From an uncultured virus (IMG/VR IMGVR_UViG_3300013120_000767) (taxonomy: Duplodnaviria; Heunggongvirae; Uroviricota; Caudoviricetes), in the IMG/VR virus record IMGVR_UViG_3300013120_000767, positions 1-64,000 of that record: 64,000 nucleotides of DNA. One strand, 5' to 3'. This document shows positions 53,565 to 62,900 of the stretch, piece by piece. Position 1 is the stretch's first letter. The number at the start of each line of letters is the position of its first letter. The notes below the pieces were generated by a model. It was not told the origin of the DNA. It made no database searches and was given only the letters and a program-made list of their open reading frames with translations. A program made the position numbers and the translations under genes.

Positions 53565-54518
53565 ATGGGAGTTAGGAAGAAGCGCCAAGTGTTCATAGTC
53601 CGTGTACGGGACGAGGAGAGCGATTCCCCCACCCTGATGGTAGCGCACACCCGGTACGGTAGAGTAGTGGGGGAAGTTCCTTGCGCAGTTGCGGGTGAGG
53701 AACTCCAGAAGTTGGCCAGGTTCCAGGCACTGCACCAGGAAACACCCCTCTTCGTCATCGCCGGGGACGGCGAACGCGGCCAATTAGTGGACCCGGTCCT
53801 GATTGGCTTTCAGGACTCCTTGGAGAAGGTGGCGGCGGCCTTGGACCCTTTGACTGTGGCTACCACAAACTGGCAACAGAAGAAGCACAACAAGCGCTAC
53901 CTCCCCCCGGTAATTGCCGAGCTGCGTAAGGTCGTCGCCGGCAGGGCGCAGGACTTCGCCAGTAGAGGGGGGCCCGTTATCCCCCAGGCCGAGTTCATGA
54001 AGGCAGGACTGAAAGCGTTGCGTAAGTACGACCCCAGTCGGGGAGTGCGGGCTTCCACTTTCGTGGTTGGCTCCCTCAAGGGAGCGCATCGCCCCCTGCT
54101 GCGGCGAGCTACCCCGGTGCGGGTCCCGGAGCAACGCCTCCAGCAAGTAGGCAAAGTTCGGAGAGCCGAGCGGGTGCTTGAGAATCGGTTGGGGCGGGCG
54201 CCGACAACGGCAGAAATAGCCAGCCAAGCTCGTGTGAAGGAGACGGATGTGGTCCTCCTCCAAAAGGAGGTGAAGCCTGTCCATATGCAGACCAAGGAAG
54301 AGGTACCACACGGGACTCGGGCTAGCCGAGTCAAGGAGGTTTGGTCCCTCCTGCCCCCGGAATTGACAGGGACCGAACTGGCAGTGTACCGCTTTCTGGA
54401 CAAAAACCCAAACGCCAAGAACACGGCCATAGCGCAGCGGTTGGGGATTTCGTCTTCCCAGGTCTCCCGGTACCGGCAGAAGCTGCGCAGGAGGGTAGAG
54501 GCACATGCCAAGCCTTGA
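53565..54518 (+). CDS. sigma-70-family RNA polymerase sigma factor (SigB/SigF/FliA-like) with an N-terminal extension
   Basis: Region 2 GLKALRKYDPSRGVRASTF; region 3 VRVPE...LENRLGRAPTTAEIA; region 4 TAIAQRLGISSSQVSRYRQK; AGGAGGA RBS. Confidence 0.85.
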   Translation: MGVRKKRQVFIVRVRDEESDSPTLMVAHTRYGRVVGEVPCAVAGEELQKLARFQALHQETPLFVIAGDGERGQLVDPVLIGFQDSLEKVAAALDPLTVATTNWQQKKHNKRYLPPVIAELRKVVAGRAQDFASRGGPVIPQAEFMKAGLKALRKYDPSRGVRASTFVVGSLKGAHRPLLRRATPVRVPEQRLQQVGKVRRAERVLENRLGRAPTTAEIASQARVKETDVVLLQKEVKPVHMQTKEEVPHGTRASRVKEVWSLLPPELTGTELAVYRFLDKNPNAKNTAIAQRLGISSSQVSRYRQKLRRRVEAHAKP

Positions 54519-54678
54519 GGAGGCCAAAGCGGTAGCTACAGCGGTGAAAGAGTGGGCCGAGCTGGAGCTCGAACGGGTCCGGGCGGAGAAGGACGCCCTT
54601 GACCACATTTTGGCCCGGGAGGATAAGTACGATGAAGTGCAGGGCCTCATTGACCAGGCGCAGACAGCGGAGGAGTAG
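54505..54678 (+). CDS. small acidic coiled-coil protein (57 aa)
   Basis: Translated by hand, MPSLEEAKAVAT...QTAEE; exactly fills the gap to ATG 54679. Confidence 0.5.
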   Translation: MPSLEEAKAVATAVKEWAELELERVRAEKDALDHILAREDKYDEVQGLIDQAQTAEE

Positions 54679-55584
54679 ATGCTGGCTCCCACAATAGGCA
54701 TTATGGGTAAAGCCCTCTCCTTGACCTACGTGGACCCCGAGTACCGCACGGGGTTGGCCGTTACGGTGACAGTCGATGGGGTGGAGTATGCGTGCACCGA
54801 ACACCCAACGTTGCAAGGGGTATATTTGCGGTCCCTCATCCTCGATGAAGCCGGCAGCTACGCAGCCACCTGGAACGTGCAACTGGGTGGGGAGACGGTG
54901 GCTACGGACACCCAGTCGATCTACATTTACGAGTCGGCGGATTATCTCCACGACGTCATCATTTCAGTGGTCGACGAGGACGGGCTTGAGATGGCCGACA
55001 TTACAGTCATCATTTCCCAATGGGTGGACGGGGGGCGGGAGTTGATCACGTACGCCGTTACCAACGCTGATGGGCAGGTCACCTTCCAGTTGGAGGACGG
55101 GCAGTACCGATTCAGCTTGTACAAGAGCGGCGCCACTTTCGACACCAACAACCACGAGCTTGACATTGACGGCACCCAGGATGAGTACCTGTCCGAGGTG
55201 ACCGGGTCGTACATCGAGGTCCCGAACATAGGCTACATCCCCCCGGTGAGCTTGGTTACCCTGTCCGCCTTCCTGGTTGACATGGGGGGTGACCCGGTGG
55301 CTTTCCGGAACATTGCCATCACTTGTTTGACCCCCATTGAGCATGTGGAGGCAGCGCAATTTATCGCTTTGGAGGGGCGGACGGTGATCAAGACGTCGGC
55401 CACAGGGGAGGCGTCCATCGCCTTGGTCCCTGGGATTGAAGTGGAGGTCTCGGTGGAGAACACTTCCATCGTGCGTCGGTTCACTGTTCCAGCGGAGGAT
55501 TTCAACCTCTCCGACTACCTGGGGGAGAACGACTACTTCGACGTCCAGGACACTGTCTACCCAGACGCAGAGAGGACTTCATGA
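54679..55584 (+). CDS. acidic beta-sandwich (Ig/prealbumin-like) virion protein
   Basis: SVVDEDG...VTNADGQVTFQLEDGQY repeated as LVDMGG...TSATGEASIALVPG. Confidence 0.6.
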   Translation: MLAPTIGIMGKALSLTYVDPEYRTGLAVTVTVDGVEYACTEHPTLQGVYLRSLILDEAGSYAATWNVQLGGETVATDTQSIYIYESADYLHDVIISVVDEDGLEMADITVIISQWVDGGRELITYAVTNADGQVTFQLEDGQYRFSLYKSGATFDTNNHELDIDGTQDEYLSEVTGSYIEVPNIGYIPPVSLVTLSAFLVDMGGDPVAFRNIAITCLTPIEHVEAAQFIALEGRTVIKTSATGEASIALVPGIEVEVSVENTSIVRRFTVPAEDFNLSDYLGENDYFDVQDTVYPDAERTS

Positions 55585-56480
55585 GCAAAGCCGTAACCGT
55601 AACCGTAAAAGACCAATTTGATGCCCTCATAGCGTTGATTGCCCGAGTGGCGGTGTTCCAAGGTGGGGCATTGGTCACCTTCCAGGACACCGATGCCTTG
55701 GGCGTGGCGGACTTCCTGCTGGAGGAGGGGGACTACGTCGTACGTATCCTCCTTACTACCGGGGCCTACGAAGCCAGCACCCCCTACGCTATGACTGTGG
55801 GCGCCGACGTCAATGATTTTGAGATAACGGTGACCAAGGTGGTGTTCCCCGCCGTGAGCAACCCTCACCTGTGCCTCTGCGGGGGGTACGTCACTTACCA
55901 GTCCAGCGACCAGATGGTGTTCGAGCTTCAGCAGGGCGACGAGTTCGGGTTTCGGGAGTCGAGCTTGACCGACATTCACTTCCCGGTCTCCACCGTCCTT
56001 CGCTGCGAGTCGTCGGTCCCAACCATAGCGGAGTTGCCTCGGGGGGTGCGTTACCGGGTGGTCGTGCATCGCCTCCCCTCCTGGGAAATCATAGTTCCGG
56101 ACGCCGCCTCTGCAGCCTTGCAGGACGTCCTGTTCCCGTTATTGGATACCCTCCTGATGGCCTCGTCGACGTTGTCCCTGGAGGTGGGGGATGAAGAAGA
56201 GGTAGCCTACACGGAGCGCTACTTGAGTGGGTTGGTCCTCGACCCAGCGGAGGACTCCTCCTTGATTGACCAGGTACTGTCGGAAGCGGCGGAAACCATA
56301 GGTGTGGAGTTTGTCAGCAGCGACGACTCGGTGGCTACCGTGACCAAGGGGGCCGGGATAATCACCATCAAGGGGGTGGGGGCGGGGACGGCGGTCATCT
56401 CCGCCAACATCGCCCAGCTGTTCGGGGTGGAAGGCGCCATTGACGAAGTAGCCTCCTTGGTAACCGTGGAGGTCACGTGA
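55581..56480 (+). CDS. virion protein with a C-terminal Big_2-type Ig-like domain
   Basis: FVSSDDSVATVTKGAGIITIKGVGAGTAVISAN; N-terminal TDALGVADFLLEEGDY. Confidence 0.65.
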   Translation: MSKAVTVTVKDQFDALIALIARVAVFQGGALVTFQDTDALGVADFLLEEGDYVVRILLTTGAYEASTPYAMTVGADVNDFEITVTKVVFPAVSNPHLCLCGGYVTYQSSDQMVFELQQGDEFGFRESSLTDIHFPVSTVLRCESSVPTIAELPRGVRYRVVVHRLPSWEIIVPDAASAALQDVLFPLLDTLLMASSTLSLEVGDEEEVAYTERYLSGLVLDPAEDSSLIDQVLSEAAETIGVEFVSSDDSVATVTKGAGIITIKGVGAGTAVISANIAQLFGVEGAIDEVASLVTVEVT

Positions 56481-59134
56481 TCCGCCCGGAACAATTAGAC
56501 AAGTTCGGCCCGGTGGCGGCCGCCAGGTGCTCATTGCTGGTCAATTTTCTCCTTGACCCTGACAGTATCCTCCATGTTCAAGCGCAATCCTTCTCCTGGG
56601 CTTGCCGGGTAGCCGCCGACCAGAAGATTGCAGCCGAGTCGCTCCTGGACGTTCTGAACTCCCCCACTTACGTTCATTACACAGCGGAAGTGACCGCCGA
56701 AGACCTGGAGAGCGCCCTGAACCAGGCCGCCGCTACCTTGGAGGAGAGCACAAGGTACAAGGCCATCGTTTGGGACGAGTTCAACCGCAACCATCAGAAG
56801 TTGAGCAATTGGGGCACTATCTTTCAAACTTCGGGCATCCTGAATGGGGCGGACGCTATCACTCTGGCTCCCCTGCTTGAGTACTGCAAAGAGGAGGGGC
56901 TCGAGGAGCACTTCAACGTTTACAGGAACCTGCTGGGGCTGTCCTGGAACGACTCGTATTTGCAACCCAAGTACACCGGGGCGCTGGTTCCCCTTGGGCC
57001 CATCACCAAAGGGGAGATCGTCGGGCGTACCGGCCCCTTCCCGTCGGCGCCGGGGGACCAGTTCTCGGTAGCGGTGAACTGGGGGACACTGACGACTTGG
57101 GCAATGCCGACAGCATCCCCCCCGGCTATGTTCGGGACCAGTAGCGATGTCACCATCACCGAAGCGGGGGCGGCAATCCTTTCGTTCGACGTGCTTGCAG
57201 ACCCCGTCAACACCATTCGGTACGGCCCGGTGGCGATGAACGCTGTAGCTGGCGGCTTCGTGCAAGTAGCTGATGCCGCAAGTATCTCGGCGGGGGATTG
57301 GCTCAATGTCCCCGCCCTCCCCCCGGGCGACCAATGGCACCTGGTCGAATCAGTGGGGGAGGCGTTCATCTACTGCCCAACCATGACGTTCGTTGGGGCC
57401 ATCCTGGGGACAATCCACTTCGGTTCCGACTTCTCCATGATCATCAATGGGAGCACCTACTCCGGCACCACTCCTTTGGGGGCAGCAGTGACGGTGGCAA
57501 ACATCGTGGCGGCGTTGCAGGGCTTTCTGCCGGCCGCCGGCGACGACGGAGTAGTGGTGACCTCAGCGGGGACGGTAGTGACGGTGACTACGTTGGGAGA
57601 ATCCTCCGAAGACTACCTGTCCTGGTATGGGACGGTCAATGGGTACCCCCGTAGTTACGACTACTTGAATATCGACCCGGAGGAGGCCATTCAGTACGGG
57701 ACGGATGATAACCAGGTCACCACGTTTACTACGTATACGTCAAGCGCAGACCTGTCGTTGGTCCCGGGGACGTACACCCCGACGCAGCTAGCGGCGGCCA
57801 TTGAGGCGTTGGGGGCGCCCTTCCATGGGGAGGTGCTCGGGAGCAACCTCCATGCCTATGTCGACGACTATGGAGATTGGGCCTTCCTGCGCGTGTCCTC
57901 TAATCCCTTTGACTTGCCTGAAGTAGCTTGGGGAGAGTCCATTTACTTGGAGGACACCCCCATTCTGGATTTCATCCGTTCGGACCAGTCGACCGAGTCT
58001 GCTATGCAGACGCTCACCCTGAACAGCGCCATAGTCCCCTATGCTTTCACCAGCATCGCCCTGGACTGGGTAGTTCTCCTGAGGGAGCTCGGAGAGAAGC
58101 AATGGCGGGCTTACCCGATACTTTCAGTAGGGGACACCAGCGTCACTTTGCTCCGTGACCCCACCGTCGGGGGCGGCCCGGGAACCTTTGAAGTCAAGGC
58201 CCGCCGAGACCGGGTTAAGGTTCGCCTGATCACCGACGATCTCCCCAATGTCCTGTACATGGAGTGGGGGGGTTCCGGGGCGGATGTTTACGGGTTCGAC
58301 GGGGGGTATGCCTACGCCACCACCCGCCGGTTCTCCCTGGTTACGACAGTGCTGGGGAAGTCCTCCGTGAGGAAGGGGGACTGGCTGCTGAACGTTCCTC
58401 TCCCGTTACCTGGGGAGGAAGCGTTCACACCCTCAGTGTACCCCCAGCCTTACTACGAAGCGTTCACCATTCCCGCTACGGCTGAGTTCCCCAGTGGGTG
58501 GGACCCAACTGGCAGTACCCCGCCCAAATACGAGGATGTGCAGTACCTGTTCACGTTGGGGGCGACTTGGCCTGTGTTGACCTACGTGGCGGCCCTCACT
58601 GACACCTTCATGGAGATGGCTGACGACGTTCCCCTTGCCATGTTCGACCTGTTGGCAACGCCGGGAACGTACCAGGCTTATGGCGGCTTCGCTGCGCAAG
58701 GCATCCCCTACCTTCAGGACCTGGACGCCTACCGCACCTCTGCCCCTTTTGGCGCGACGACGCCCTCCCCAGCAATGGCGCAGGCTGCTTTGGCTGCGGC
58801 CCTTATGGCCTACATAGCTTTGCTCGACCAATTCGTAGACAACGACTTCCTCTACGCCCCCGTGGGGGCCGCTACCGGAGTTAGAGAGTACCTGGAGGAC
58901 CAGAGCAAAAAGGTGCTGGGAGGCGCCCTGGACCGGGCGTGGTTCGACCGGTTCTTCATTGCCAATGAGGGGGATGCGGAGATAGTTGCGGCATCCCCCA
59001 TGCCGGGGGGCTCTTTTGAGCAGCTTTTCGGATATGAAGGGGACGATCCGGACGATGCGACCACGCAAAGGTTGAATCCTAACGCAGATGGTGTAGAGTA
59101 TTCCTTGGAAGATGAGACGGAGTACGTGAAATGA
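56477..59134 (+). CDS. baseplate/tail structural protein
   Basis: 885 aa, acidic and T/G/A-rich; within the baseplate module. Confidence 0.55.
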   Translation: MIRPEQLDKFGPVAAARCSLLVNFLLDPDSILHVQAQSFSWACRVAADQKIAAESLLDVLNSPTYVHYTAEVTAEDLESALNQAAATLEESTRYKAIVWDEFNRNHQKLSNWGTIFQTSGILNGADAITLAPLLEYCKEEGLEEHFNVYRNLLGLSWNDSYLQPKYTGALVPLGPITKGEIVGRTGPFPSAPGDQFSVAVNWGTLTTWAMPTASPPAMFGTSSDVTITEAGAAILSFDVLADPVNTIRYGPVAMNAVAGGFVQVADAASISAGDWLNVPALPPGDQWHLVESVGEAFIYCPTMTFVGAILGTIHFGSDFSMIINGSTYSGTTPLGAAVTVANIVAALQGFLPAAGDDGVVVTSAGTVVTVTTLGESSEDYLSWYGTVNGYPRSYDYLNIDPEEAIQYGTDDNQVTTFTTYTSSADLSLVPGTYTPTQLAAAIEALGAPFHGEVLGSNLHAYVDDYGDWAFLRVSSNPFDLPEVAWGESIYLEDTPILDFIRSDQSTESAMQTLTLNSAIVPYAFTSIALDWVVLLRELGEKQWRAYPILSVGDTSVTLLRDPTVGGGPGTFEVKARRDRVKVRLITDDLPNVLYMEWGGSGADVYGFDGGYAYATTRRFSLVTTVLGKSSVRKGDWLLNVPLPLPGEEAFTPSVYPQPYYEAFTIPATAEFPSGWDPTGSTPPKYEDVQYLFTLGATWPVLTYVAALTDTFMEMADDVPLAMFDLLATPGTYQAYGGFAAQGIPYLQDLDAYRTSAPFGATTPSPAMAQAALAAALMAYIALLDQFVDNDFLYAPVGAATGVREYLEDQSKKVLGGALDRAWFDRFFIANEGDAEIVAASPMPGGSFEQLFGYEGDDPDDATTQRLNPNADGVEYSLEDETEYVK

Positions 59135-59325
59135 CGGCAGTTGCGGACGACCTTGCGGGGAAAGTTCAGCTCATCTTGAGCTTAGCTCCTTCTTTGCGCA
59201 GTCGGGCGGCTACTGTGCGGCAGTCTCCCTTCCAAGCCGCCCTGCGGAGGTATCAGGACCTCCTGCGGGCGGAGGAGGAGCTGGTGATGATCATTCAGGT
59301 GTGCGACGAGGTGCTCGGTGCATGA
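59131..59325 (+). CDS. small hypothetical protein
   Basis: ATGA coupling; 64 aa. Confidence 0.45.
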   Translation: MTAVADDLAGKVQLILSLAPSLRSRAATVRQSPFQAALRRYQDLLRAEEELVMIIQVCDEVLGA

Positions 59326-59947
59326 CCTGCGAGCCACTCGGCCAGTAGCGAAAGCCACCATTTTGAAGTTGCAGTGGGTCAGCATGACCCCGCCTTCATT
59401 GGACATATACGTTCGGGATGAGATCAAGGACGTCACTGCCATCTACCTGGATGGTATTTCCGTCACCACTTGGGTACTGATGGGTCCCAATAAGATTCGG
59501 GCCCTCCCCCCAGTCCCCGACTTCGGACGCATCTCCGTGTACGTAGAGCCTTACTCCTTACATTCGGCAGGGGTGCAGGTTACCCTGGAGCCCAGCCAGT
59601 TCCTCGCTGGGCCGGACCGACTGTTGCAGCTGATCTGCCGCTTGTGGTTGACGGAAGTTGGCTCCATTATGGACCATAGCGGGGTGGGGATACTGGTAAC
59701 GCAGACGGACATGAACGAAGTGGGGCTGGAGGGCCTCCCTTACCTCATTACGGAGCGGGTAAAAAGGATGGAAGAAACCATCTTGACCACTCAGCGGGGC
59801 CAGGAAAACCTCATGAACAATGAAACCCTCGAGTCCTTGGAGGTGTTGACACTTCTCACTTTGCCGGGGACGTTGTCCGTCGCCGTGTACATGCGGGCTA
59901 TTACTCGAGCCGGGAGCTTGCTGGTGCACCTTTCGACGGAGGTATAA
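59318..59947 (+). CDS. putative baseplate wedge/sheath initiator (gp25-like C-terminus)
   Basis: LAGPDRLLQLICRLWLTEVGS...NETLESLEV; directly upstream of baseplate J. Confidence 0.55.
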   Translation: MHDLRATRPVAKATILKLQWVSMTPPSLDIYVRDEIKDVTAIYLDGISVTTWVLMGPNKIRALPPVPDFGRISVYVEPYSLHSAGVQVTLEPSQFLAGPDRLLQLICRLWLTEVGSIMDHSGVGILVTQTDMNEVGLEGLPYLITERVKRMEETILTTQRGQENLMNNETLESLEVLTLLTLPGTLSVAVYMRAITRAGSLLVHLSTEV

Positions 59948-59950
59948 GGG

Positions 59951-62900
59951 ATGGAGAGGGACAAACTCATACAATTCGTACAGGAGCTCTACACAGAGTA
60001 CGACGAGTCCATCCCCACCGCCGAGGGGTCGGCCGTTTACACCAAGGTCATCGCCCCCCTGGTGGAACGGTTCGGGGACGATCCATACACTCCCGACGTC
60101 AAGGACTTTGTAGTGGACTTGCTCCAGTCGGAGTTCCCGGAGATGGACTTCACGGAGCTCAGCGCCTACTCCGACATCGTGGTCACCCCTTTCAAGGTGA
60201 TCATCGACCCCCTGCGCCGGGAGATCCTCCGGTTGAAAATGGCGCAGAGCCTCTACTACAAGGACTACCTCACGGAGGAGGAGATAGAGGGGCTGGCCAG
60301 CGTCTTCCAAGTCATGCGGCAGCAGGGCTCAAAAGCTCGGGTTACTGTCCGTCTGTATGCCCGCGCCCCCCGGGTCATCGAGGTGAACTTCGGCGCCTCC
60401 GCCTACACTGCGGGGGGGCTCAGCTATATGCCCATTGAGTTCTACAAGTTCACCCCCGAGCAGGTGGCGCAGAACCGGGATAGGAACTACTACTACGTCG
60501 AAGCCACGTTCGAAGCCGTGGAAGAGGGGGAGGCCTACAATATCGGCCCGACTCAGATCATCGGAGTCAGCGGCGTGGTAGGCGCCGTGTGGGCGTCGAA
60601 CCCCTCCTCGGCGACGCCCGGCACCAACCGGGAGACCATTGACGAGTACGTGGACCGCCTCACGGATTGGGTGTCAGAGCATGCCCCTATTACCTCTTCC
60701 GGCATCATCTCCCGAGTTATGGAGTTGTTCCCGGCCATCTCCGAGATTTTCGTGGTGGGCAACGGCGACATCCTCATGTACCGGGACATCCTGACGTACA
60801 CGGCTACGACTTTGGCGACCTTGCCAGTAGGCAACGGGACGGGGACATTGGTGGCGTGGGCCCCCGGCAGCGGGACCCTGGCGACCATCCCCTACGCCTA
60901 CCAGATCACGGGGGACTTCTCCGCCGTTATGCCGCCCAACATCAGTGAAGGCTACGCTCCTACCAAGATAGTCATCAACGGGTTCGAGTACACCATAACT
61001 ACGTTGGGCGCCGGGTCGGCGGACTTCGATAGCTACACCCCCGCCGACTGTCCCTGGGGGGAAGCAGGCTCCACCTCGGTGGAGTACACGGCCCCTAACG
61101 GCTGCGTCATCCCCCACTACGTGGGGCTGATGGAAGCTGGGGAGAATATGTCCCTGGTTGAAGCGGGGGATCTCCTTCTTATCTACAATGGGGTGACCTA
61201 CGACGAGCATACTATCCTCGACGTCCCCATCATTGGCGGGAATTACATGGCGGTGATAAAGGGCCCCATCGAAATCATCAAGATGAGCCCTACCAATGCG
61301 GACCCGTCGGAGACTAATTACTTAGCTCTGCATAGGGGCGGGGCCATTGAGTTTACTGCCGCCATTGGAGCGAACCAAATCGACTTCACTGCCACAAAAC
61401 CCGTACAGGTAGGGGACCGCCTGGTGGGGATGGTGGCGGGGCTTCCCGTGGAGTTCAATGTATCCTACGTATCCTCCGGCCGCCTCTACTTGACTAAGGT
61501 CGACCCAGCGTCGGCACCGGCTTCTCCGACAGTGCGTTGTTCAGGAGTAGCGGACACGGTTACCCCCGCATCTTACGCAATCACAGACGCCGATGGGAAC
61601 TTCGTAGCGAATGGGGTGCAGCAAGGGGACCTTTATTTCGACGCTGACGTTGACCGATTCGCCACAGTGGATACCTTCACGGTGTCCGCTCTTATTCTGG
61701 AAAGCGCCGAGTGGAGCGGGCTGTTTGCCGCCGGGAATGACTACACCATCTACGGCCCGGGGAACGCCCTCCTGTTCACCGACTGGGTAGTCTACCGTCG
61801 AGCCGACGGGGAGTACGATGACGACCTCACCCCTCAGGACAACTTGGATTGGGTTATTCTGGTCGACCCCTCCAATTTGCTGAGCTTGGCAGGGGGCACC
61901 ACAGGGTACTGGCAAGCTCGACGAGTGGCCACCGCCAACGACTTCCTCATCACTGCCATGCTCCCGGATGGGACTGCACAGTCCACGGAGAGCGGCACCC
62001 TCCATTTGGGCGGCTGCACAGATGTCTACATGCACACGACAGAGGAAGCCTCGGTGGGCGCCTTCGACGGAGTGTACGACTTGGTTCCCTACGCCACAGC
62101 GTTGGCCACGTGGACCTCAGGGAACGACACGATGACGTTGGCATCCGTCGTTTTCAATTCGGACCTGGCAGCGGGCTACCCGGACCCCACTGAAGACTAC
62201 TCAGCGATGATCCCCAGCATCATTACGTTGGAGATCGACGATCGTGACCCCCGCCAGGTGTACCGGGTGCTGGCGCTGTCCGAAACCGGGGCCCGCCTGA
62301 GTGAGGACATGGGGGACTCCGGCACCAACCAGCCGGTCACCTTGTACGTCAACCACGAAGTGGACTTGCTCTCCGTCAAGAACTTGAAGAAGGCGGGGAC
62401 GGACGGGACCGTGGGGTTCTCCAAGTACGTCATCCTGGGGACGGCTGCCCCCGCGTCTACGGTACCGGGGGACACCCTCGAAATCTTGTCGGACATAGGG
62501 AAGGGGGCCTACGAAATTCAGTCCCTCCACAGCGGAGGGCTCATCGTCCTATTGACCACTACTGTGAGCGGGTTCGACACGGACGTAGAGTACGAGATTT
62601 ATTCCACTGACGCGGGGGTGAACGCTCCTATCTCCCGTATCGACCACGTCGAGTTACGGGCGGCCACCGGGACTACCGCTATCAACCTGTACTACCGGGA
62701 CCCCCTAGCCTGCCGAGTAATGGGCGACAGTGTCACCGACGGCCCCAATGTCATCATCCCGCCGGATGAAGAGGAGGGGTCATTGGGGGACTACCTGGGC
62801 AGCGTTGCTCACCTGGTGCCTCCGCCGGCCGGGGCGTTCAGTAATAGCTTGGGGTTATTCGCCTGGTCGGGAGACGTCGAGGAAATGGGGGTCAAGGAGG

